A stretch of 64,000 nt of DNA from Polyangiaceae bacterium (lineage in GTDB: Bacteria > Myxococcota_A > Polyangia > Polyangiales > Polyangiaceae): the NCBI GenBank assembly GCA_044376115.1, contig JBILLK010000016.1, positions 154,830 to 218,829 on the forward strand, written 5' to 3'. Shown here in pieces: positions 19,418 to 27,347 of the stretch (its first letter is position 1; each line of letters opens with the position of its first letter). Position numbers and translations under genes: made by a program. The notes below the pieces were generated by a model. It did not search any database and was not told where the DNA came from. It worked only from the letters and a program-made list of their open reading frames with translations.

Positions 19418-20794
19418 TCAGGTCGGCGGCTCGATCGGCGGAAGATCCGCTTCTTTCACGTCGGGCGCGACAATCACGATCTCTTGTGTGGGTGGATAAA
19501 TATCCACCGATTCTTCGACCTTCACCTCGCCTGAAGCGAGGTCTTCCACCGTCTTCAAGCGCAAGATCGAGAGACCACGTTTGCCACGTTGCTTCACCTT
19601 GAACTCGCCCGCCGGCAGAAAGCCGCTGCGTTCGAGTTTGCGCGAATACTTCAATATGGCCTTCGTTTGTGTGGCCAAGCTCACGTTCACTTCACGCTTT
19701 TTCCCGAGCAGCTTGACCGCCATCACGCCGCCTTTCGCGCTGGCCGAGAGCACGATCGGGTAGTCGAACGGGTTGCGCACCTTCAGGTCCAACACCGGGT
19801 ACGAGACCGTCGCGTCCAACCCGCTGCGAATGTACGCGCTCGGCCGCGAGTGATTGCGCCGTTGCTCCACCAGCAGGCCCGCGTAAAAAGCCGCTGCGTA
19901 AACCGTGCTTGCGGCTTGGCAGGCGCCACCGCCGATGCCCTCCCGCATCTCGCCCTTGTAGATCTCCGGTGCGGGGAAGAAGCCGTTATCGGTGGTCCGC
20001 GGGCCAACGATCTCATTGAAGCTGATCTGTTCGCCCGGCATCAGCACCGTACCGTCGAGCTGCGCGGTCGCTCGCTCGATGTTCTTGTTGCGACCCGGCG
20101 CGCCACCAAACTTCGTCTCGAAGCTGCCCAGCGTGGTCGAGATGTCCGCCGCCGCGACCGCGGCCTCGGTGGCTACCGGCGCCCACGGCCTGCGCCCAAC
20201 CTTCGCCTGCGCGTCGCCCGCCTGCGCAGCGACGAGCAACGCCTCAGCCACCGCATAAACGTCCACCAGTGCGCCGTTCTCGTGCGGCGCCACTCGATCG
20301 CTCGCTCCGTCCAGCAGCCGCCGAGCCGCCCGCGGCTTGCGATCCGTCTCTTCCTTCAGCGCGCTCAGCTTCTCGCTCAAGAGCTCCACCGGCAAATCGA
20401 AGTGCAACGGCAGATCCACCTCGCCCGCCGCCGCACGTCGCGCAGCGTTCACCTTCTCCAACGTCGACCCTTCATGGCCGTAGCGCTCAGCCTCCGCGAC
20501 CACCGCCTGTACGTCGGCCGAGCCACCGAGCTCGCGCAAGGTCATCCCGCCCAGCGACTGCTCATCGAGCACGAGCTCCACCGGCAAATCGAGCGTCTGT
20601 GCGGCGCGTGCCTCCACGAATGCGAGCAGCTCGCCGTCCGCCGGCACCGGCTCCCCTGCGACGCGCAGCCCCGTCGCAACGCGGCCCTCCGCCGTCACCT
20701 CTTGCAACAGGCTCTGCTTCGAAAAATGAAAGCCCGCCGTCAACGCCGAACCGGCGAACAGCAACGAGGCGAGCAGAACAACGACGCGCTTCAT
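19418..20794 (-). CDS. VanW family protein
   Basis: RNKNI, SFNEIVGPRT, GIGGGACQAAST, RRNHS, GLDATV, DLKVRN. Confidence 0.9.
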   Translation of the reverse strand: MKRVVVLLASLLFAGSALTAGFHFSKQSLLQEVTAEGRVATGLRVAGEPVPADGELLAFVEARAAQTLDLPVELVLDEQSLGGMTLRELGGSADVQAVVAEAERYGHEGSTLEKVNAARRAAAGEVDLPLHFDLPVELLSEKLSALKEETDRKPRAARRLLDGASDRVAPHENGALVDVYAVAEALLVAAQAGDAQAKVGRRPWAPVATEAAVAAADISTTLGSFETKFGGAPGRNKNIERATAQLDGTVLMPGEQISFNEIVGPRTTDNGFFPAPEIYKGEMREGIGGGACQAASTVYAAAFYAGLLVEQRRNHSRPSAYIRSGLDATVSYPVLDLKVRNPFDYPIVLSASAKGGVMAVKLLGKKREVNVSLATQTKAILKYSRKLERSGFLPAGEFKVKQRGKRGLSILRLKTVEDLASGEVKVEESVDIYPPTQEIVIVAPDVKEADLPPIEPPT

Positions 20795-20851
20795 CAGCCG
20801 AGGCAACCTACGCTCGCGCGGGGTTGCTTCATTCCGCGAACAATCAGCTTC

Positions 20852-22321
20852 CTAGATCGCGCCATTCAGATCATCCACCGACAGGGCGTCCGCGTTCTGG
20901 TCACTCCCTTCTCCGCCGATGCGCGGTCGCACCGTGCGTAGATCGAGCGAAGGGTCCACCACGCTAACGTCCACCTCGCCGATCTCCACCCATTCTGTCC
21001 CGTTGTGTACGTCAAAAACAGCGGTGGTCGCGCTGAGGCCGCGCATGCGCAGCGCCTTTACCTCGCTCGGTGCGAAGAGCTTCGAAGCCAAGGTGGTAAT
21101 CGTATTGGGCCCAACCACGCGGTGCTTCACCGCCACGCGCAGAGTGTTGGGCACCGCATCCGTCTCAACCACCAGATAGAGCAGTTTCTCGAGGTTCTCG
21201 GTCAGGCCCGGCGCAACATAAAGGAAAAGCCGCTCGTCAAAGCCAGGCGCAGGGGCGTCTGTCACCCGCAGTGAAAGGGACGAGCCGACCAAGTTGAAGG
21301 GCGTACGCGCGGTGAGGCCAGCAAAGCCGCCATTGGAGCAGCTGATGTCCAGCGTACCGGCGGTACCCACCGTGCAACTTCCAATGACCGTGCGCAGCCA
21401 TTGAGCACTGGGCACCGCGAAGTCATCCACTATCTGCTCGGTTGGGCAAAGCGGTGTAACGTCTTGCTGCCCGTAGATCGCATTGAAGCGCACCACCTGA
21501 TCCAGCACCGGCGCTGTGCTCTTGGCTCGTCCCCCCATGTAGACGTGGGTGAACTCCGGCTCAATTAGCGTGTCTTCGACGGTTAGCAGCGAGGTCCAGC
21601 CCGTGTTCGGATCCAAATGCTCGAACTCGATTGAGCCTGCCTCATGGCGAAAGCGCAGGTTTTGGTGCTTCGCGAAGTTGAACGGAATCTGTAGCAGCGT
21701 GACTTCCTCGGTATCCCCATCCGCGTCGGTGTCGGTCTTGGCCAGGAGCTCCATGGAACCGTCATGCACATAAAACTCGAGGTACTTCTGGTAGTTCACG
21801 TCGGGGCCGACGGCCACCCACAGCTCCGTTGTAGCGGAGGGAGGCTCGCCGATCTCAAAGCCAATCCAGCGCTCCCGCAGGTCGAAGGCGCGGTTCGTGA
21901 CGATCTCTGAATAGCTATTAGGCCCGCCCAGCGTGAGCTCCAGCTGGCCGCCGCCGAGCGATACTTTGCCGGGAATCGGCGAGTTGCCCTCCTTGTGGGT
22001 CCAACGGCCATCAAGGTCGTCGGCGTCGAAGCTATCCGCCGAATAGTCGATCACGCCGCACACCGGCGGCGCCCCGCCCATTCCGCCGCCACCGCTCGAC
22101 ATCCCGCCGAGTCCGCCGCTGCCCCCCGGCCCGTTGCCCCCCGGCCCACTCCCGCCAGGCGCACCAGCGCCAGGCCCCGTGCCTCCGCCGCCTGTGGCCG
22201 GCGTTCCACCGTTACCGCCGCTCGTCTCGAAGCGCTCCCAATCGCGACAGCTCGCGACCAGCAGCCCCAGCGCAACCACTGTCCCAAGCCAGCTCGAGGA
22301 GCAACGCTGTGAGTTCCGCAT
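20852..22321 (-). CDS. Lipoprotein with Gly-rich linker and two tandem beta-sandwich-like domains
   Basis: Lipobox VASC; Gly linker; internal two-fold similarity. Confidence 0.7.
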   Translation of the reverse strand: MRNSQRCSSSWLGTVVALGLLVASCRDWERFETSGGNGGTPATGGGGTGPGAGAPGGSGPGGNGPGGSGGLGGMSSGGGGMGGAPPVCGVIDYSADSFDADDLDGRWTHKEGNSPIPGKVSLGGGQLELTLGGPNSYSEIVTNRAFDLRERWIGFEIGEPPSATTELWVAVGPDVNYQKYLEFYVHDGSMELLAKTDTDADGDTEEVTLLQIPFNFAKHQNLRFRHEAGSIEFEHLDPNTGWTSLLTVEDTLIEPEFTHVYMGGRAKSTAPVLDQVVRFNAIYGQQDVTPLCPTEQIVDDFAVPSAQWLRTVIGSCTVGTAGTLDISCSNGGFAGLTARTPFNLVGSSLSLRVTDAPAPGFDERLFLYVAPGLTENLEKLLYLVVETDAVPNTLRVAVKHRVVGPNTITTLASKLFAPSEVKALRMRGLSATTAVFDVHNGTEWVEIGEVDVSVVDPSLDLRTVRPRIGGEGSDQNADALSVDDLNGAI

Positions 22322-22354
22322 GACCGCCCAGGCTACCGGCCGGGCCCGGCCTTG

Positions 22355-22996
22355 TCACCTGCGCGCAGCCGCCCGCAGTCGCCGTACTTCCGCCTCGAGC
22401 TCCGCAGCCCGAGCGTCAGCTGTCTGCCGCGCCTCTCGCTCCGAGAGCAACAGCTCGCCGGCCTCGTTTTTCAAGCGCAAGCACGCTTTGTCGATTGGGC
22501 TCTCGCCCACGAGCCAGCTACCCCCGAGCACCATCGCCGGCGCCGATTCGTTAACCACCTCGCGCTCCATCAATTGCTCGCCCTCACGGTGCCAAATGCG
22601 CAAACGCTGGCCGTCCTCGGCCTCCGGATCGAAGAGCACGAGCTCGAGTACGCCGAGCTCGCGATAATGCAGTAATTTCTCCTCCCACGGCTCGTTCGGG
22701 CTGGCGATCTCCACCGCGAGCTGCGGCGCGCCCCGCTCCCACGTCTTCCACGACGGGAAGTTGTCATTGAGCCCGCCCATACAAACGAAGGCATCCGGCG
22801 CAACACACTTTCGCGGATCATTCGCGCGGTAATAGACGAACTGATCCGAGCCAATCGCCGCACGCTCCCCAAATGTGCGCTCGAGCACTTCGTAAATGAA
22901 CGTCCGCAACTTCAAGTGCCGCTTGGATTCAGGCATCTCCGCGGCCTCCGGGAAATGCAGCGCCTCGCACGGTAACGACATTGGGACCTCGCTCAC
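22355..22996 (-). CDS. Uma2 family (PD-(D/E)XK-like) endonuclease
   Basis: MPES..H, APDAFV, PQLAVEIASP, KLLHY..LGV.E.VLFDP, C-terminal coiled coil. Confidence 0.9.
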   Translation of the reverse strand: MSEVPMSLPCEALHFPEAAEMPESKRHLKLRTFIYEVLERTFGERAAIGSDQFVYYRANDPRKCVAPDAFVCMGGLNDNFPSWKTWERGAPQLAVEIASPNEPWEEKLLHYRELGVLELVLFDPEAEDGQRLRIWHREGEQLMEREVVNESAPAMVLGGSWLVGESPIDKACLRLKNEAGELLLSEREARQTADARAAELEAEVRRLRAAARR

Positions 22997-23168
22997 GTTT
23001 GGAAGGTAGCATTGCTACCGCTATTGCATAGACCGGGCCTGCAATCGCCGGCCGCTTTAGCGCGTATTTGCCTGCTACAGCCTAGCTTTCGCCCGGCGGC
23101 CGCGCGTAGGTGCCGTGGCGCCCGCCAAGCGGCGACATCCTGCCCCTGACTGCTGTACCTTCGCGCCG

Positions 23169-23996
23169 ATGAAGGCTCGCTCCCGCCAGCCAGCGGCTCC
23201 GCCTCGCGCAGCAGAGCTTGCTACCTCGCTCGCCCGTCGCCTGGTGCCCCAACGTGCAGCGGCGCTCGCGCGCATCTTCACGCAGTTCGAAGCGGCGATC
23301 GATCACATCGACGACGTGCAGGACGGCGCTCGATCAAGCTCAGCGTTGCTCGCCGCACATCAGCAACTCCTGCACAGCCTGCTGCACGCCTCTCCCGAGC
23401 TGCGCACGCTCTTGCTCGAGGCCGGGCTCGAGCTACTGCGCGGCCAACGCGAAGATCTCGCCGGCCTGGTGAAACCGCGGCCCGGTCTCCCTGCAGCGCG
23501 CTCCGCGAGCCGCATCCAAGAGCGCAAATCCGGGGCGCTCTTCGCCGTCTTCGTCGAGGCCGTCGCGCTCGAGGCCCAACGCCCGGCGCAACCGCTGGTG
23601 CAATGGGCTCGCAGCTACGGCACGCTCTTGCAGCACCTCTCCGACGCCGCCACCTTGTTCGCTGAAGACGCGCCCGAAGACTGGCTGCTCCTGCGCCCAA
23701 CGCGCGCGCTCTCCTTACCGCTCCAGCACAAAAGCACCCGCGCCAGGCGCCGCGAATGTCGCTCCGGTGAGCGGCGCTGCGATGGGCGGGCAGGCCGCGC
23801 CGCGATGGCGAATGTCGCTTGGGTAGGCGGTCGTTGGACTCCGCCGGGTCCAGCCGGGCGCATCGTGATCGCCAAGCGCGAGGTTGTTGCGGCGCCAAGC
23901 GCGAGCCCTCGCTTGGCGGGCTCTGCTAGCTTGCTGGCCGATGCGCGCGCAGGCCTACGCTTTTTTAGACGCTCTGTCGGAGCCGGAGCCGCCTGA
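23169..23996 (+). pseudogene. Divergent polyprenyl synthetase-like (trans-prenyltransferase fold) gene, 3' part interrupted by repeat-derived sequence
   Basis: IDDVQDG (FARM), GQREDL, KSGALF, YG.LLQHLSD (degenerate SARM); similarity ends about 23740, where REP-like sequence begins. Confidence 0.6.
23754..23906 (+). repeat. Decayed copy of the REP-like hairpin/spacer unit
   Basis: GAATGTCGCTCC at 23754 and GAATGTCGCTT at 23810; TTGCGGCGCCAAGCG lies 76 nt after AATGTCGCT both here (23811 to 23887) and at 25633 to 25709. Confidence 0.7.
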
Positions 23997-24926
23997 GTTG
24001 GAGGAGGAGCTGCGCGAGCGCGAGGTGGAGCGCTGGTTCTTCGATCACCCTCGTGTGGCCTCGCTTGTGGGCTGGGGCATTGCAGCGGGCGAGCGCCCGG
24101 AGGGCGAGCTCGTGGTGCTGCTGCGCGCCGGCGAGCCGCTCGTGTTACCGCGGGAGCTCGGCGGGCGGCGGGTGCGCACGATGGAGGTGGGGCCGGCTCG
24201 CTTGTTGGCGATGTTTGCTTTGCCGCTGCCACGGCCGGTGCCGTGGGGCGCGCGCATTAGCCACTTGCACGGCTCGCAAGGCAGTTTGGGCTGCCTTGCG
24301 TATCGCGGGGAAGAGGCCTTCTTACTCTCCAATTGCCACGTCATCGCCAATAGCGGCGCGGCCCAGCTGGGGGACGCCATCGTCCAGCCGCCGATGAGTC
24401 TGCGCCCCGCGCGCGACGCGATTGCCTACTTGAGTGACTTCGCCCCGGTGCGAACACAGCGACCCATCCGCTTCGCGAACATAATAATACCGTGGATGCG
24501 GCGATAGCACGTTTGCGCGAGCCCAATGCTCGCGTGCGGCGCGGCTACGTGGCCAGCGCGCTGCCGGAGGGTCCCTCGCTAAGTAGCTATCGGTTGACGC
24601 GGCACATTGCGCCGGGTTTGCCTGTCTGCAAGCTGGGCGGTATGAGCGGTAAAACCCACGGCGTGGTCAAGCTCGTGCGGGCCAGCTTCCAGGTCCCCTT
24701 CGGCGACGGCATCGCCATGTTTCGACGTCAGCTCTTGACCAGCTTGCTCGGGGAGCCCGGGGACTCGGGGTCGCTGGTCTTCGAGCCAACGCAGGGCTCG
24801 GCGGTGGGGCTCTTGTTTGGTCAATTGGGCGCAGCCGGGCAGGAGCGCCTATCGATGGTAAGCCCGATCGAGTCGGTGCAACGGCGCTTGGCCATTCGAG
24901 TAGCCCCGCGCTGCTGGCAGCGCTAA
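23941..24926 (+). pseudogene. Nal1-like trypsin-fold serine protease, split by a 1-nt frameshift near 24468
   Basis: ORFs 23884-24507 and 24492-24926 align end to end with paralog 27344-28408 (LSNCHV, VDAAIA, GEPGDSGSLV); adding one C in ATCCGCTT restores PIPLREHNNTVDAAI. Confidence 0.8.
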
Positions 24927-24935
24927 ACGTTGAGT

Positions 24936-25499
24936 ATGCTTCGCCTGCGCTCGCTGCTCCTGCTTATCGCGCCTCTCTACCTCGCCGCGTGCGGCGGTAA
25001 TGTCGTATTCGTCGAGGAGGGGCCGCAGCAGGAGGGGGAAACACAGGAAGATCCGGTGGTCCCGGTGGAGGTGCCCACGCCGGAGCGCGTCTTTTATGCC
25101 GACGGTGCGTGCGTGGCGGAGGTCGCCACCAGCGGCACGCAGCCCTTGTTCGAGGACCTGCAATCGGGCGAGCGGCGCCTGGTGGTGGAGACCTTCCTCG
25201 TACGCGAGTGCAGCGGCGCTGGCGGTGATTACGTATTAGCGCGCGAGCTAACCGGCAGTCGCTCCTATTGGTTGGGGGACCATACCTGTTATTTCCTCGG
25301 CAACGGCGAGCTGCCCACCACAACCTCCTACGGCGTCATCCGGGTCACCCAGACCGCCGCGCTCTCCAGTGTCCCCACCGGCTGGTGCATCGGCTTCCCC
25401 GGCGAAGACGGCCTCAGCTCCGATTCCAACGTCACCGCCGTCGCGCTGTTCGCCTCGCTCGAGGAGGCGCAAGCGTACCTCGACAGCCTCGAGCCGTAG
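24936..25499 (+). CDS. Putative lipoprotein
   Basis: Lipobox LAAC; several Cys residues. Confidence 0.75.
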   Translation: MLRLRSLLLLIAPLYLAACGGNVVFVEEGPQQEGETQEDPVVPVEVPTPERVFYADGACVAEVATSGTQPLFEDLQSGERRLVVETFLVRECSGAGGDYVLARELTGSRSYWLGDHTCYFLGNGELPTTTSYGVIRVTQTAALSSVPTGWCIGFPGEDGLSSDSNVTAVALFASLEEAQAYLDSLEP

Positions 25500-25592
25500 C
25501 GCGGCAGTTTCGGCCAACCCGCTAGGACCGCCGCGGAGCGAGTGCCCCATCGTGGAGCGAGTGCCGCATCGCGCGAGCGACCTCCGTCGCAT

Positions 25593-25643
25593 GGAGTGAC
25601 ATTGGGGGCGGCGATGGTTTATCGCACCGGCCAATGTCGCTCC
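25593..25643. repeat. 51-bp REP-like palindrome 1
   Basis: GGAGTGACATTGG-N7-GATGGTTTATC-N7-CCAATGTCGCTCC. Confidence 0.9.
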
Positions 25644-25761
25644 GGCGGTCCGGGGTTGGCCGTTGAAGCGCGCTTTCCGCGTCTTTCGAGGCGAGCCGCG
25701 CGCGGGGTTTGCGGCGCCAAGCGTGATCTGTGCGGCGTACTCACCGCCCTATCCGTCGCAT

Positions 25762-25812
25762 GGAGCGACATTGGGGGCGCCGATGGTTTATCGGGCCGGC
25801 CAATGTCGCTCC
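25762..25812. repeat. 51-bp REP-like palindrome 2
   Basis: GGAGCGACATTGG-N7-GATGGTTTATC-N7-CCAATGTCGCTCC; part of a near-identical direct repeat 25583-25650 / 25752-25819. Confidence 0.92.
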
Positions 25813-25953
25813 GGCGGTCTGCAGCGGGAGCTCGAAGGGCCTTGGCCGCGCACTCCCGCGGCGGGGGTGGCGTCCGCCGGCCACAAGCTGGTGCGCGCCA
25901 GTCGTCTTGCGTACGAAAGGCCGGGATTCCTGTGCCTTTCGCGCATGCGCTCT

Positions 25954-25970
25954 TAGGCACCAGACTTGCG
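25954..25970 (+). promoter_or_regulatory. Candidate sigma54 (-24/-12) promoter for the HUH transposase-like gene
   Basis: TAGGCACCAGACTTGCG: GG-N10-GC spacing with GGCAC and TTGC, ending about 13 nt before ATG 25983. Confidence 0.4.
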
Positions 25971-25982
25971 AAGCCGCTGCGC

Positions 25983-26801
25983 ATGAATGCGATGGCGTTT
26001 CACATCACCATGCGACCGAGCAGCGATACGTGGATAGCGGAGAGCACTGCGGCGCGTCGCCGGCTTGCGCGGCTATTCTACGCCTGCGGGAACACGCGCG
26101 GGCTGCTCGCGTTCCGTGCCGCGGATACGCACGTGCACGCGCTAGTCGCCGGGCCGCGAGAGGTCGCCGGGGAGTTTGCTCGCGCGGTCCAGATCGCGAT
26201 GCGCCAAGCGCTGCGACTGCCGTATGCTTTCGAGCCGGCGCGCATACGCCCGGTGGAGACCTTCAAACATCTTCGCGCGGCGCTGAGCTATTTGCTGCGC
26301 CAAGCCGAGCACCACGGGCTCGGCGCGTTCGACCGGGAGCACGAAGCGAGCAGTCTGCTCGACCTGCTTGGGATGCGCTGCATCGACTCGCAGCCGACGA
26401 GCTTGCGGCTTTTCGCAGCGCTGCCACGCCTGTCGCGCGCCGATCTTTTCGACTTCCTCGGCGTGCCGTTGACGGTTACGCCGGAGGCCCACCACTACTT
26501 GCTCGCGGCTCCGGCGGTCGTGGCGTTGCCCTCGCTCGCGCGGCTCGCGGCCGCTCGATCGGCGCGAAGTGCGCTGCTCACACTCCTGCGCGGCAAGCTG
26601 CCCATCACCGTCATTGCCAAGCGGCTGGCGATCGACAAGCGCACCTTGCACCGAGACCACGAGCCTCCGCCACCGGCGCTCGTACGCGCGCTCGAGTTGC
26701 ACGCGAGACTGCGCGCGTCGCTGGAGCGACCTGCATCGCTGGAGCGACCTGCATCGCTGGAGCGACCTGCGTCGCTGGAGCGACATTCGGCGGGCGGATA
26801 A
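25983..26801 (+). mobile_element. HUH Y1 transposase-like protein (RAYT / IS200 TnpA superfamily) with C-terminal HTH
   Basis: FHITMR, DTHVH (HUH, 26130-26138), LSYLLRQ (catalytic Tyr, 26289), C-terminal ITVIAKRLAIDKRTLHR; flanked by palindromes. Confidence 0.82.
26715..26786. repeat. 18-bp tandem repeat x4 (GCRTCGCTGGAGCGACCT) encoding ASLERP
   Basis: Four copies, each a mini hairpin; the last merges into palindrome 3. Confidence 0.93.
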
Positions 26802-26827
26802 AGTATCGGACGCCCGAATGTCGCACC
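26777..26827. repeat. 51-bp REP-like palindrome 3 (contains the transposase stop codon)
   Basis: GGAGCGACATTCG-N7-GATAAAGTATC-N7-CGAATGTCGCACC. Confidence 0.9.
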
Positions 26828-26966
26828 CCACGGTCTGCGCCGACGGTCCACGGCCCTGGTCCGTCGCCAAGCCTTGCCGCTAAGCCCGTCAAACACGCGC
26901 GCTTTCGGCCTAGTTTCGCCGCGGTAGCCACGTGCTGCTCCACGGTCTCTGCAGCCCTCTCCATCC

Positions 26967-27017
26967 GGAGCGACATTCGGGCGGTGGATGCCGTATCGAA
27001 GGCCCCAATGTCGCTCC
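26967..27017. repeat. 51-bp REP-like palindrome 4
   Basis: GGAGCGACATTCG-N7-GATGCCGTATC-N7-CCAATGTCGCTCC. Confidence 0.9.
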
Positions 27018-27045
27018 TTCGATGGGGACGGCGCCCCAGCGCTCT

Positions 27046-27116
27046 CCCCACGGCCGGCCGGACCCTCACGCTCCCCGCCCGCGCCCCGCGGCCGGCTGGA
27101 CCCTCACGCTCCCCGC
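27046..27116. repeat. 33-bp direct repeat with 38-bp period
   Basis: CCCCRCGGCCGGCYGGACCCTCACGCTCCCCGC at 27046 and 27084; partial third copy over the stop at 27123. Confidence 0.85.
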
Positions 27117-27122
27117 TGGCCC

Positions 27123-27347
27123 TCACTCTTGCAACAGCGACGTTGGCCCCGAGAGCCGCAACCGCACCGGGATACCGTAGTAGGTCTTCGGTAGCTTCTT
27201 GGGCCGGCGCAGCGCAATCTCTACGAGCCGGGCCTGCGGCCCCGCGCCCTTCGACGCGGGGCGGACCTCGCTGGTTACGCCCATCACCAGCGGGTCTTCC
27301 AGCAGCCGCCGTTCGAGCTGCTGCTGGGCATATTCGAGCAGCTTCAC
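27123..27347 (-). CDS. Small protein resembling a standalone Nal1-type N-terminal domain
   Basis: GTGA overlap with the protease stop; LLEDPLVMGV...LPKTYYGIPVRLRLSGP parallels the protease N-domain VPEGLAGMKTDVAPVG. Confidence 0.65.
   Translation of the reverse strand: MKLLEYAQQQLERRLLEDPLVMGVTSEVRPASKGAGPQARLVEIALRRPKKLPKTYYGIPVRLRLSGPTSLLQE

Noticed and set aside
22355..22996. Uma2 nuclease as part of a restriction or defence system
   Set aside because: No methylase or partner nearby; Uma2 paralogs are abundant standalone genes in such genomes.
23169..24926. Single prenyltransferase-protease fusion gene
   Set aside because: The frames differ, the protease frame has stops at 23824 and 23866, and the junction looks repeat-derived; it cannot be supported without homologs.
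25542..25982. N-terminal extension of the 419-aa ORF, and the overlapping 568-aa ORF 25730-27436
   Set aside because: These translate GC-rich palindromic repeats; recognisable protein starts at ATG 25983 or 25992.
25583..27017. CRISPR array interpretation of the spaced repeats
   Set aside because: Only two plus two copies, 51-bp palindromes with spacers over 100 bp, inverted around a gene, and no cas genes in the window.
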